Source: Chloroflexota bacterium (lineage in GTDB: Bacteria; Chloroflexota; Limnocylindria; P2-11E). Taken from it: a DNA stretch of 64,000 nt. The position numbers were made by a program, and so were the translations under genes. Below, one piece after another: positions 1 through 9,424 of the stretch (the stretch's first letter is position 1; each line of letters starts with the position of its first letter). Below the pieces are notes generated by a model. The model ran no database searches and had not been told where the DNA came from. It saw nothing but the letters and a program-made list of their open reading frames with translations. Where the stretch lies: positions 1,882 through 65,881 of the forward strand of contig VBDX01000130.1 in the NCBI GenBank assembly GCA_005881885.1, read 5' to 3'.

Positions 1-618
1 CTCGCCGCGATGCTCGCCAACAGCGGCGACGTCGACGGGGCGGCGAACGAGTACGCGCGCTTTATCGAGTTCATGTTGCCGATCGGCGACGTCGCGCGCG
101 CGACGATGGAGCTCGCGTACGGCGCGAAGGTCCTCGGCGGCCACCCCGCGCTTGGGGAGGCCGCGGAGAAGATCGTCGCCGCGGTCCGCGCGCTCGTGCC
201 GGCCGGTTCGACGACGGCGTCCCTCCCGATGCCGCGGCTTCTCCCGAAGGTCCCGTTCCGCTTCTGCATCCACGACGACGGCGATCGGCACTGGATGCAG
301 CTCGAAGGCGGGACGTCGGAGCTCGTTCCAACAGCCGTGCGCCTTCTCGACGATCACGACAATGTGGTCGAGACGCGTAAGTGCATTCCGCTCAGCCCCG
401 GGCAGAAGGGTCACGCGCGCATCATCGAAGGTGAGCCGTCCGCCGGCGTCGCCTGGGTGGTCCTGGGAATCTCGGATGAAGTCGTCGCCGCCCTCGATGC
501 CGGTAAGTCGTCGCCCTATCGCGTCCAGGCCAAGATCGGCGACGAGTGGATCTCGAGCGCTCTCGTCGACACCGGCTGCCGCATCGGCCGCCGTACCACC
601 AAAATCGCCGTTTCGTAG
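1..618 (+). CDS. hypothetical protein, 5' end truncated by the window edge
   Basis: The ORF at 10..618 stays open back to nt 1 in the same frame. Its aa composition is balanced, unlike the Arg-rich antisense ORFs around it. Confidence 0.45.
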   Translation, partial: LAAMLANSGDVDGAANEYARFIEFMLPIGDVARATMELAYGAKVLGGHPALGEAAEKIVAAVRALVPAGSTTASLPMPRLLPKVPFRFCIHDDGDRHWMQLEGGTSELVPTAVRLLDDHDNVVETRKCIPLSPGQKGHARIIEGEPSAGVAWVVLGISDEVVAALDAGKSSPYRVQAKIGDEWISSALVDTGCRIGRRTTKIAVS

Positions 619-630
619 AGCCAGACCGAG

Positions 631-1611
631 CTAGATTTCCACCTCGCGACCGACGTGCTCGCGTCGCGCGCCTTCCAGGACGAGCGCCGCGGCGGCGGCG
701 TCCTGCACCGCGACCCCGACAGACTTGTAGAGCGTGATCTGCGCCGCGTCCGCGCGCCCGGGGCGCGCGCCACTCACGAGCTCGCCCAGCTCGGCGTGCA
801 CGTGGTCGGGTGTCATCGCGCCTTCCGCGATCGCCATGGCGATGTCGTTCGAACCCGCCGGAGGCTTCGCGAGCGTCGCGACGCGCGACTCGACGACGAG
901 CAGCGCATCCCGGAATGTCGCGGCGTCGATCTCGCGTCCGGCGGTGTTGTACCCGACCGAGTTCACATGCGTTCCAGGGCGGAGCCATTCACGCCGCACG
1001 ACCGGCTCGGGGCTGTGTGTGCACGCGCATATGACATCGGCCTCGCGCACGGCCTGCTCGATCTGAACGTAGGCGCCGACCTCGCGGAAATTCCCAGCAC
1101 CGAACTCCATCGCCAACGCCTTGGCCTTCGCGAGATCACGGCCGACCACGCAGATCGATCCGAAGCGCCGCACGCGTGACACCGCGCGCAGGTGCGCGCG
1201 TGCCTGAACGCCGGTCCCGATGACCACGAGGCGATAGGGGTCCGCTCGCGCGAGAAGATCCGTCGCGAGAGCCGACGCGGCCGCCGTACGCGCCGCGGTG
1301 ATCGCCTCGCCATCCATGAGCGCTACCGGCGTCCCGGTTTCCGGGTCGAAGGCGACGATGACCGCCTGATGCGTCGGCCGGTCGGCGTTGCGCGGGAAGA
1401 GCGAGACGAGCTTCGTCGTCAATGCGCCGGAGGACGGCAGGTACGCGGGCATGGCGGCGAGGAGGCCATCTCGCTCGGGCACGCTCGCGGCGATGCGCGC
1501 CGGCATCGAGGCGCGACCCGCCGAGAGATCCGCCATAGCCCTCGCGACGGCTTCGCGAAGACCGTCCGGATCCAGGAGCCGCTCGACGTCGGCGCGCGTG
1601 AGAACAAGCAC
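631..1611 (-). CDS. ornithine cyclodeaminase / mu-crystallin family protein
   Basis: 326 aa. NAD Rossmann motif VVIGTGVQARAHL and overall OCD/mu-crystallin layout (LVVESRVATLAKPP...) are visible in the translation. Confidence 0.8.
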   Translation of the reverse strand: MLVLTRADVERLLDPDGLREAVARAMADLSAGRASMPARIAASVPERDGLLAAMPAYLPSSGALTTKLVSLFPRNADRPTHQAVIVAFDPETGTPVALMDGEAITAARTAAASALATDLLARADPYRLVVIGTGVQARAHLRAVSRVRRFGSICVVGRDLAKAKALAMEFGAGNFREVGAYVQIEQAVREADVICACTHSPEPVVRREWLRPGTHVNSVGYNTAGREIDAATFRDALLVVESRVATLAKPPAGSNDIAMAIAEGAMTPDHVHAELGELVSGARPGRADAAQITLYKSVGVAVQDAAAAALVLEGARREHVGREVEI

Positions 1612-1621
1612 GCTCCGGATG

Positions 1622-2635
1622 TTAGGCGGCGGGCGCTTCCTCCTCGCGCCGCATGACGAGCGGACCGAGGCGCACGCGCGCGCCGAACACTTCCGTGCTC
1701 ACGACGAACCCCGCGAAGATGAGCACGACGCCGAGGAGCTCTCCGAGGAAGAACGCCCAGGTGATGCCAAAACGGTTCAGGCCGCTGGTCACGCCGGGAA
1801 TGAAGCCGCCGAGCGCGATGAGAAGGGTCGCCGGGACACGGGAGTGGAGCTCGCCCCGAGCGAGCGCGACCGCCGCTCGCGGCAGCGAGGCGAGGAAGTT
1901 GATCGCGACCGCGATCGTTCCATAGAGCTGGGCGACCGCAGGCGGAAGCGACCGGCGTCCCAGCACGCGACGCTTCGGCATGAAGACGTACGCGCTGAAG
2001 ATGGCGCCGACGACGAGCGCGAACGCGCCGATGATGTTGAACGGGCCCGCGAGGATCCGAACGTTCCCCGGGATCGCTTCGCCGATCGGCACGCCGGTGG
2101 CGGGGTCGAGCGCGTACGCCGCGCTCAGGTTGGCGCTGAACACCAGGGCTGCCGCGATCGCCGACCCGGCGGCGAGCACGGTCAGCACGATGGGCGCGAC
2201 GAGCGCGCGGGCGCGCCATGTCGCGAGACCGACCGCGAGCGCGGTCGCGATGCATATGACGAGCACGACGGCGAAGGCCATCGTGTCGCTCGGATACCGG
2301 CCGCGGATCGCGAACGCGTAGAGGGCGCCAAAGAGGAAGCTCGCGGCGACGAAATATCCGAAGCGGGTTCGCGCGAGCAGCACGATCGTGCCCGCACCGA
2401 GATAAGCCGCCACGAAGAAGGCGCCGATCAGGTACCAGGTCCGATAGAGCATCTCGTTCCAGCCGAATGCCGAGCCGAGGAACTCGGTGCCGGCGCTGAT
2501 GCCGTACCAGAGGAGACCGATCGCCCAGACCAGCTGGAACCCACGGCGCTTCTGGGACCACTGCGCGAGCACGGCGGCGGCGAAGACCAAGCTGGTGATG
2601 GAGGAAAGGAGCGGGAGCACGACGTTCGGGCTCAC
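1622..2635 (-). CDS. integral membrane protein (multi-TM), unknown function
   Basis: 337 aa with about 9 hydrophobic helices. It ends 10 bp upstream of the OCD gene on the same strand, so the two are probably one operon. Confidence 0.6.
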   Translation of the reverse strand: MSPNVVLPLLSSITSLVFAAAVLAQWSQKRRGFQLVWAIGLLWYGISAGTEFLGSAFGWNEMLYRTWYLIGAFFVAAYLGAGTIVLLARTRFGYFVAASFLFGALYAFAIRGRYPSDTMAFAVVLVICIATALAVGLATWRARALVAPIVLTVLAAGSAIAAALVFSANLSAAYALDPATGVPIGEAIPGNVRILAGPFNIIGAFALVVGAIFSAYVFMPKRRVLGRRSLPPAVAQLYGTIAVAINFLASLPRAAVALARGELHSRVPATLLIALGGFIPGVTSGLNRFGITWAFFLGELLGVVLIFAGFVVSTEVFGARVRLGPLVMRREEEAPAA

Positions 2636-2712
2636 CGTCGGACCATCCGTCGCGCGGGGCGCGAAGTCGACCGCGATGCCCAGGTTTGCGGAGGAGCGAC
2701 TAAGGTAAGGTC

Positions 2713-2964
2713 ATGTGCCGCAGCATCAAGACGCTCCGCCGCCCCGAGGGGTCGGCCTCCGACGAGGAAATCGCGGCCGCCGCGCTCCAGTACGTGAGAA
2801 AGGTCAGCGGTTACCGCGCCCCTTCCCGCCGTAATACGCGTGCCTTCGAAGCCGCCGTCCGGGACGTGGGCCGTGCCTCGCGCCGGCTCCTCGAGGCGAT
2901 CGACCCTAATGCATCTTCGCTAGAGAAATCTCCACCAACAGGCCAATTTACTAAGCGCTCGTAG
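2713..2964 (+). CDS. DUF2277 domain protein
   Basis: N-terminus MCRSIKTLRRPEG..EEIAAAALQYVRKVSGYRAPSRRNTRAFEAAV matches the conserved MCRNI.L....A..EI.AAA.QYVRKVSG signature of actinobacterial DUF2277. Confidence 0.75.
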   Translation: MCRSIKTLRRPEGSASDEEIAAAALQYVRKVSGYRAPSRRNTRAFEAAVRDVGRASRRLLEAIDPNASSLEKSPPTGQFTKRS

Positions 2965-3076
2965 CGACCGCACACTCCGCCGAGGCGCTCTTCGGAAGGA
3001 GAGGCGGTCAAGGCACGCATAGGGTTGAGGGGCATCGCCCGCGTGCCGGACTGCTTCTCCTTTCTTCTTCTCTTCC

Positions 3077-3445
3077 TCAGGCGGCGACCAGATACCGGTT
3101 CAGCACATCGCGGAGTGTCGCCGGGTAGTAGGGCTTCGACAGGAACTCCGTGCAGCCGGCCTCGATGGCCTTCGACTCGTCGCCCGGACTCGCCGACGCC
3201 GAGACCGCGACGATCGGCACGTCCTTGGCCCAGGACTCCTTGCGCAGCCGTTTCACGACTGCCCATCCGTCCAGCTTCGGTAGCTGGAGGTCGAGAAGGA
3301 TGAGCTGCGGCCGTTGCTCTCGTGCGAGCTCTAGCGCAGCGTAGCCGTCGGTCGCCACGGTCGCCTCGTGCCCCGCGTGCCGGACGATGCGCAGCGCGAG
3401 CTCGAGGTTATTGGGTTCGTCCTCGACCACCAGGATTCTTGCCAC
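3077..3445 (-). CDS. single-domain response regulator (CheY-like receiver)
   Basis: 122 aa. Shows the receiver layout: acidic pocket VVEDE, phospho-acceptor LILLDLQLP, and K in SKPY. Confidence 0.85.
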   Translation of the reverse strand: MARILVVEDEPNNLELALRIVRHAGHEATVATDGYAALELAREQRPQLILLDLQLPKLDGWAVVKRLRKESWAKDVPIVAVSASASPGDESKAIEAGCTEFLSKPYYPATLRDVLNRYLVAA

Positions 3446-3450
3446 TTGAG

Positions 3451-4530
3451 CTAGGCGGGAGCCTCGGCCAGCGGCAGGTCGAGTGTGAAGGTCGATCCGA
3501 GCCCGAGCCCGACGCTGCTCGCGGACACGCTGCCGCCGTGCGCCTCGATGATCAGCCGCGTGACGTACAGGCCCAGGCCGACGCCGATCTTGTCCTTGGT
3601 CGCGTCGGTCTCGACGCGTCCGTATTTCTTGAAGATCACTCCGAGCTGCGACTTCGCGAGCCCGACGCCCTGGTCTTTCACCGATACCCGCGCGCGACCG
3701 TCTCTGCGGTTCACGGTGACGTGCACGGTCGATCCCATCGGCGAGAAACGGATTGCGTTGTTCAGCAAGTGCTCGATGGCCGTCCGCAGGCGTTCCGAAT
3801 CGGCGTCGACCCAGATCGGATCCGATTCGGCGACCAGCTGCAAACGATCCTTATCGGTTTCGCGCGCGAGCTCGGCGACGAATTCGCTCAGGTCGATCTT
3901 GCCGCGGTTCAACCGGAAACGGCCGGCCTCGAGCTGCCCGACCTCGAGCACGTCCTCGGCGAATCGGTTGAAGTTGCGGCTCTGCCGGCGAAGCTCGTTG
4001 ATCGCGCTGCGTTCCGTGCTGCTCAGAGCGGGAGCTCTGGTCAGGTCGGGGATGGCGGACTCGATCTCGCCGGCCGAACGGCGGAGCGTGTGCGCGATGA
4101 GCGCCAGAGATTCCTCGCGATGCGCGTCCACGCTGCGGAGCGCCATTCGCTCGCGCCGCACCTGGTCGATGAGCAGTCCGAGCATGAGGAAGATGGCCGC
4201 ACGGGTGAGGCCGTTCCAGAGGTTCGCGCCTATCGGGATGCCCGAGCGCGCGACGACGTCCGCCCAGATCCAGGCGATCGTGGCGAGCAGCGCGATGAAC
4301 ACCGCGGGACCTCGGCCGAGCCACCAGCTCGCGAGACCGATGGGGATGAGGTAGAAGATCGCGAAGCCGTACTCGGGGCCGGTCGAGATGTCGACGAGCC
4401 AGATGGCCGCGATACCTAGCGCCGCGAGAAGCGTGAGCGGGAATACGAGGCGCCTGCCCCGTATATCGAGGTCGGCGAGCCGGCCAGTTGGGACGGTCCG
4501 CGCCCGCAGCGCCGTGTGTCCTTCGCTCAC
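3451..4530 (-). CDS. sensor histidine kinase with N-terminal 4-TM (DUF4118-like) sensing domain
   Basis: 359 aa. H-box HTLRRSAGEI, N-box LLNNAIRFS, G-boxes DQGVGL and GLGLGS. It lies 5 bp upstream of the receiver gene. Confidence 0.85.
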   Translation of the reverse strand: MSEGHTALRARTVPTGRLADLDIRGRRLVFPLTLLAALGIAAIWLVDISTGPEYGFAIFYLIPIGLASWWLGRGPAVFIALLATIAWIWADVVARSGIPIGANLWNGLTRAAIFLMLGLLIDQVRRERMALRSVDAHREESLALIAHTLRRSAGEIESAIPDLTRAPALSSTERSAINELRRQSRNFNRFAEDVLEVGQLEAGRFRLNRGKIDLSEFVAELARETDKDRLQLVAESDPIWVDADSERLRTAIEHLLNNAIRFSPMGSTVHVTVNRRDGRARVSVKDQGVGLAKSQLGVIFKKYGRVETDATKDKIGVGLGLYVTRLIIEAHGGSVSASSVGLGLGSTFTLDLPLAEAPA

Positions 4531-4678
4531 GACGCGCCAGTATGCCGCGAAAGCGCACGCTTTTGGTCCAATTCTGGTGTCGGCTAATGCATTTGGAGTA
4601 GGCGCCGTCTATCCCGATGTGTAACGCGAATCCGCCGTCGGAGGGATAGACCTCCCTATACAAAGGTCAGACACTAAT

Positions 4679-4696
4679 GTCTCGATTGTCTCGATT
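4679..4696 (+). promoter_or_regulatory. tandem 9-bp direct repeat GTCTCGATT x2 upstream of the PstS-like gene
   Basis: Lies in the divergent 170-bp region between the RR/HK operon and the pstS-like gene, about 20 bp before the first ATG. The geometry resembles direct-repeat response-regulator boxes. Confidence 0.35.
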
Positions 4697-4717
4697 CGAC
4701 CCATGAGGAGGGCCCGA

Positions 4718-5554
4718 ATGCGCTCTTTGCGAACATATCTGCTCGTCGTTGGCGTACTGCTCGGCGCGAGCTGCGGAGGCGCTGGCCCGATCGGGGTGGC
4801 GCCGACCGCCGATCCCTTCGCCGGCCAGTACATCGTCAACGGCGGCGGTGGCGCACTCGACAACGTCAAAGCTTTCACGGACGCGTTCGGGAAGATGCAC
4901 CCGAGCATCACCTGGCAAGGCCTCGCCGACATCGGCTCCGATGCCGGGGTGAACCTTGCGGTCAGCGGCGAGACCGATCTCGGCTACATCAGCCGCGACC
5001 TGAAGGATCCCGAGAAGGGCAAGGTCGTGTCTTTGGCGATCGGCGCAAGCGGCACCGCGGTCGCGGTGGCCGCGTCGAATCCGGTCAAGTCTCTGACGAA
5101 GGACCAGGTCGCGAAGATCTTCACCGGGGTGATCACCGACTGGAAGGACATCGGTGGGTCGCCCGGAAAGATCCGTGTCCTCATCCGCGAATCGGGAGCC
5201 GCGACCCGCAGCGCCTTTGAGGCCTATTTCTTCGACGGCAAGAAGCTTCCCTACGCGCCGAACGCGGTGGAAGTGACGACCATCACCGAGACCGTGAAGG
5301 CCATCAACTCCTTCAAGGAGTCGATCGGCATGGTCACGATGAACGCGAGCACGTTCTCGGATACCACGATCGCCTTCACGACGATCGACGGCGTCGCGCC
5401 CTCGCGGGAGAACCTGAACAGCGGCAAATACCAGGTCCGCCGGCCGCTGTACTTCGTCTACAACGCCGACCCGACAAAGGTGAAGCCGGCGATCAAGGCA
5501 TTCATCGACTTCGTCAAGGGGCCCGAGGGCCAGAAGATCCTCGCGGGCCTCTAA
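4718..5554 (+). CDS. PstS-family phosphate-binding periplasmic lipoprotein
   Basis: PBP/PstS-like fold with lipoprotein signal LLGASCGG. The ORF opens at 4703, but the second ATG at 4718 has an ideal AGGAGG 6 nt upstream. Conserved SG..TR and GSGT segments are present. Confidence 0.7.
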   Translation: MRSLRTYLLVVGVLLGASCGGAGPIGVAPTADPFAGQYIVNGGGGALDNVKAFTDAFGKMHPSITWQGLADIGSDAGVNLAVSGETDLGYISRDLKDPEKGKVVSLAIGASGTAVAVAASNPVKSLTKDQVAKIFTGVITDWKDIGGSPGKIRVLIRESGAATRSAFEAYFFDGKKLPYAPNAVEVTTITETVKAINSFKESIGMVTMNASTFSDTTIAFTTIDGVAPSRENLNSGKYQVRRPLYFVYNADPTKVKPAIKAFIDFVKGPEGQKILAGL

Positions 5555-5580
5555 GGACCGGTCGGGCGACCCAGGAGCTG

Positions 5581-7872
5581 ATGCCCAAGCTCTTCACGCC
5601 GAGCCTGCTCAGGGCGCTCGTCAGCCGCAACGTGCTGGTGAGCGTCCTGGCGCTTGTCGTAGTCACCGCGGTCGCGATCTACGAATCAAACGACCTCATC
5701 CTCAGCCAGTTCGCCGACGAGTCCGCGATCCTGGCCGACGTAGCACTGAATGAGATCAACGACCAGGCCGATCTGGCGCAGCGAGCGGCCACCTTGGTGG
5801 CCGGACTCCCGACAACCCGCGAGCTGACCGAGCAGCGGGACGCCGATGAGCTGACGAACTTCCTCCTCCCCGTGAAGTCGAAGATCGGCGTCGACGACAT
5901 GAGCGTCGCCGACAACAACGGCGTCATCATCGCGACCGCCCAGGAAAAGACGAGCGACACGCTCGAGCCGGAGCTCGTCACGCTGGCCAAGGCCCAGGTA
6001 CAGCAGTCCTGGGTGCTCTTCGACGAACCGCAGGGGCTCGTCATCCGAGCGATCTACGTCATCCGCAACGCCGACCAGGAGCCGATCGGCACGATGGAGG
6101 TCGGCAACATCCTCGGATCATCCTTCCTGAAGAACATCAAGACCCGCTCGAACGCGGATCTGGCGCTCATCTGGAGCGGCCGGGTGCGCGCGTCGACCGT
6201 CGACTTCGGGACGAACACCGTGTTCCCGAGCGTCCCGCAGGTCGACGCCGAGCCGAACGATGTCCTGATCCAGAACATCTACGCGAACAACACCAACTAC
6301 TACGGCATCTTCCGAGTCCTTCGCTCTCAGCGGCAGAACCCCGGGCTTCTCGCGGTCCTCGTTCCGACCGCGGGGGTCGAGCAGGCCCAGCGGACTCTCA
6401 TCGCAATTCTCATCGTCCTCGGCATCGCGCTCGTCGGTGTCGTCACGCTTCTCGCCTATCGCACGGCGCGAAGCATCACCCAGCCCCTGGAAAGCCTCGC
6501 CTCGGCCGCGCAGCGGATCGAGGCGGGCGACCTCGCGGCACGCGTGCAGCAGGTGTCGCCGCACGAGATCGGCACGCTCGAGCGCGCGTTCGACACCATG
6601 GCCGCGTCGCTGTACGAACGCGAGCGCGCGCAGCGGGAGTACCTCGACGAAGTTCGCGCTGTCAACGAGGTAGCCGATGCTGTCGTCGGCGTCACCGACG
6701 CGGAGCGGATCTTCGCTCGGTCGCTCGACCGGATGGTGTCGCTCCTGGGCGCCGACGGCGGCGCGATCGTCATCCGCGAGGATCCGCCCGGCGCACCTCC
6801 GGGATCCGGCGGCCGCCTCAACGCCCCCGCGACGGTGGGCATCGACGGCCAGACGGCTGTGATGCTGGCGATGCGCGTCCTCGTGCGCTCCGAGGCGGAC
6901 ACCGACCGCATCAGGCTGTCGAGTGTCTCGGCGGGCGACTTGCGCTTCGTGGCGCACGTTCCGCTGTCCGCGCGTGGCCGCACCATCGGCCTCCTCTCCG
7001 CGTACTTCCGCGAACAGCGGGACCTCACCGATACACAGGCCCGCGCGCTGCGAACGATCGCGCGTCTGATCTCGGTGGCGAATGAGAACGCGGACCTGGT
7101 CGGCGAGCTGCGCGTGAACAACCTGCAGCTTGAGCGGGCCAACCGCCTGAAGAGCGAGTTCCTCGCGAGCGTAAGCCACGAGCTGCGCACGCCCATGAAT
7201 GCGATCATCGGCTACACGAAGCTGATGCTCGACGGTCTCGACGGCGAGCTTACGGCGCAACAGTCCACCGACCTCTTCCGGGTCGCCCAGGCCGCGGACA
7301 ACCTTCTCGGGCTCATCAACGGCCTGCTCGACCTCGCGAAGATCGAAGCGGGCAAGATGGAGTTGAACGTCGAAGAGGTCAGCATGAACGAGGTCACCGA
7401 AGAGGCGCTCGAGCTCGTACGACCGCACGCGGACGAGAAGGGGCTCGAGGTCCGCTCGCTGATCCCGAGCGCGTTGCCGAACGTGTGGGGCGACCGGGCG
7501 CGCGTGCGGCAGGTCCTCGCGAACATGCTCGCCAACGCCGTGAAGTTCACCGAGCGCGGATCGGTCTCCGTATCCGCGAGCTCTGCGGAAGGGTGGGTGA
7601 CGATCTCCGTCACCGACACCGGCGTCGGCATCACGCCCGAGGCACAGGCCTACGTCTTCGACGAGTTCCGCCAGGCCGACAGCTCGACGACGCGGCGCTA
7701 CGGCGGCACGGGCCTCGGGCTCGCCATCTCCAAGCGGCTCATCACCCTGCACGGCGGCCGCATCTGGGTCGATAGCGAAGTGGGGAAGGGGAGCACGTTC
7801 CATTTCACGCTTCCCATTCGCGTGCGGGCCGGAAGCGAAGCCGCCCTGCTCACCCGCACGGCGAGCCGCTGA
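5581..7872 (+). CDS. sensor histidine kinase (periplasmic sensor - HAMP - GAF - HisKA - HATPase_c)
   Basis: 763 aa. Two TM helices flank a ~250-aa extracytoplasmic domain. HAMP is followed by a GAF-like region. H-box SHELRTPMNAI, N-box LANAVKFT, G-boxes DTGVGI and GGTGLGL. Confidence 0.9.
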   Translation: MPKLFTPSLLRALVSRNVLVSVLALVVVTAVAIYESNDLILSQFADESAILADVALNEINDQADLAQRAATLVAGLPTTRELTEQRDADELTNFLLPVKSKIGVDDMSVADNNGVIIATAQEKTSDTLEPELVTLAKAQVQQSWVLFDEPQGLVIRAIYVIRNADQEPIGTMEVGNILGSSFLKNIKTRSNADLALIWSGRVRASTVDFGTNTVFPSVPQVDAEPNDVLIQNIYANNTNYYGIFRVLRSQRQNPGLLAVLVPTAGVEQAQRTLIAILIVLGIALVGVVTLLAYRTARSITQPLESLASAAQRIEAGDLAARVQQVSPHEIGTLERAFDTMAASLYERERAQREYLDEVRAVNEVADAVVGVTDAERIFARSLDRMVSLLGADGGAIVIREDPPGAPPGSGGRLNAPATVGIDGQTAVMLAMRVLVRSEADTDRIRLSSVSAGDLRFVAHVPLSARGRTIGLLSAYFREQRDLTDTQARALRTIARLISVANENADLVGELRVNNLQLERANRLKSEFLASVSHELRTPMNAIIGYTKLMLDGLDGELTAQQSTDLFRVAQAADNLLGLINGLLDLAKIEAGKMELNVEEVSMNEVTEEALELVRPHADEKGLEVRSLIPSALPNVWGDRARVRQVLANMLANAVKFTERGSVSVSASSAEGWVTISVTDTGVGITPEAQAYVFDEFRQADSSTTRRYGGTGLGLAISKRLITLHGGRIWVDSEVGKGSTFHFTLPIRVRAGSEAALLTRTASR

Positions 7873-9419
7873 TGGCACGCGTGCTGGTCGTCGAGGACGA
7901 CGCCAACAACCTCGACGTCGCGTCGCGGATCATCCGCGCATCCGGGCACGAGGCCCTCGTGGCCGCGGACGGCGTCGCGGGACTCGACCTCGCGCGTGTC
8001 GAGCGGCCGGATGCCGTCCTCGTGGACCTCCTCCTCCCGCGCATGGACGGGTGGAGCCTTACGCGGTCGCTGCGCTCTGAGCCGTGGGCCGCGAGCATCC
8101 CGATCATCGCGGTCTCGGCGCTCGCGCTTCCCTCCGACCGAGCGCGCGCCATCGAGGCCGGGTGCGACGACTTCGTCTCCAAGCCCTTCGCGCCGGCGGA
8201 GCTACGGGCCATCCTGCTGCGGTACTTCCCGGGCGGGGCCGCCCAGGTCCCCGCTCCGCGGGACGGCACGCCGACGGTCCGCGGGCCCGTCCCGATCACG
8301 CTCGGCAAGGTGCTCATCGTCGACGACGAGATCGCGAACGTGGAGCTCCTGGCGCGGCGCCTCGAGGCGATCGGCTGCCAGACACAGGTCGCGAGCTCCG
8401 GCGAGCGCGCGATCGCCCTTGCGCGGACCGAGCAGCCTGACCTGATCCTGCTCGACGTGATGATGCCCGGCATGGACGGCTGGCAGACCTGCCGCCGCCT
8501 CAAGTCCCAGCCGGAGACAGCGGACATCCCCGTGATCTTCGTCACCGCGAGGGACCGATACGAAGATCTGAGCAAGGGCTTCGAAGTCGGCGGGATCGAC
8601 TACATCACCAAGCCGTTCGAACCGATCGAGCTCGCAGCGCGCGTGCGGAGCGCGATCTTCACCAAGCGCCTCCAGGACGAGCTGCGTAAGACCGCCGCGG
8701 ATCTGCAGCGAATGGAGCAATCGCGCAAAGAGCTGATCGGCATGCTCGGACACGACATCCGCAACCTCGCGAACAGCGTCGTCGCGTTCATGCAGCTCGT
8801 GCGCATGGGACAGCTCGAGCCCGGCCGCCGCGAATTCGACGAGCTCTTGCGCCTCTCCGAGTCGAACATCAGCGAGCTGCTCCGGATGGTCAACGCGCTG
8901 CTCGACGTGTACAAGATGGAAGAGGGCAAGCTTGAGGCGATGCCTCAGGTCATCGCGCTCTCGGCGCTCGCCGAGCGCAGCATCGCGCAGGTCGTGCCCG
9001 AAGCGCTCGCGAAGGGGATCGAGCTCGAGAGCTCGCTGCCCGGCAACGTCGCTGTGTTCGTCGATGACGGCCTCATCGTCCGCGTGCTCACGAACCTCCT
9101 CGCCAACGCCGTGAAGCACACCCCGACCGGCGGGAAGGTCCGCATCGAAAGCGTGCGCGACAGTGCGCTCGAGGGCTCGATCATCGTTCGCGTTCACGAC
9201 ACCGGCCCAGGGATCGCGGCCGACGACGCGCCGCACATCTTCGACCGTTTCTACCAGGGGGCGGGCCGCAGCCGTGGTGGAACCGGCCTCGGCCTCGCGT
9301 TCTGCAAGCTGGCGGTCGAGCTTCACGGCGGGAGCATCGCCGTCGTGAATCCCGGCGAGACCGGAGCGATCGTCCAGTTCACTCTTCCCGCGGCCGACCG
9401 CGCCCCGGCGGGGGCCTAG
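7872..9419 (+). CDS. hybrid REC-REC-histidine kinase (soluble)
   Basis: 515 aa. Two receiver domains (LVVEDD..LLDLLLP ; LIVDDE..LLDVMMP) then H-box GHDIRNL and an HATPase_c (NLLANAVKHT, DTGPGI, GGTGLGL). Its ATG overlaps the upstream kinase stop (TGATG). Confidence 0.9.
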   Translation: MARVLVVEDDANNLDVASRIIRASGHEALVAADGVAGLDLARVERPDAVLVDLLLPRMDGWSLTRSLRSEPWAASIPIIAVSALALPSDRARAIEAGCDDFVSKPFAPAELRAILLRYFPGGAAQVPAPRDGTPTVRGPVPITLGKVLIVDDEIANVELLARRLEAIGCQTQVASSGERAIALARTEQPDLILLDVMMPGMDGWQTCRRLKSQPETADIPVIFVTARDRYEDLSKGFEVGGIDYITKPFEPIELAARVRSAIFTKRLQDELRKTAADLQRMEQSRKELIGMLGHDIRNLANSVVAFMQLVRMGQLEPGRREFDELLRLSESNISELLRMVNALLDVYKMEEGKLEAMPQVIALSALAERSIAQVVPEALAKGIELESSLPGNVAVFVDDGLIVRVLTNLLANAVKHTPTGGKVRIESVRDSALEGSIIVRVHDTGPGIAADDAPHIFDRFYQGAGRSRGGTGLGLAFCKLAVELHGGSIAVVNPGETGAIVQFTLPAADRAPAGA

Positions 9420-9424
9420 CGACC

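Noticed and set aside
1388-2797. 469-aa plus-strand ORF and 380-aa minus-strand ORF (1419..2561)
   Set aside because: Both overlap the hydrophobic membrane-protein gene in other frames and are Arg/Asp-rich repeats typical of high-GC artefacts.
6118-7878. 586-aa minus-strand ORF
   Set aside because: Antisense to the well-supported sensor kinase, with Arg/Asp-rich composition.
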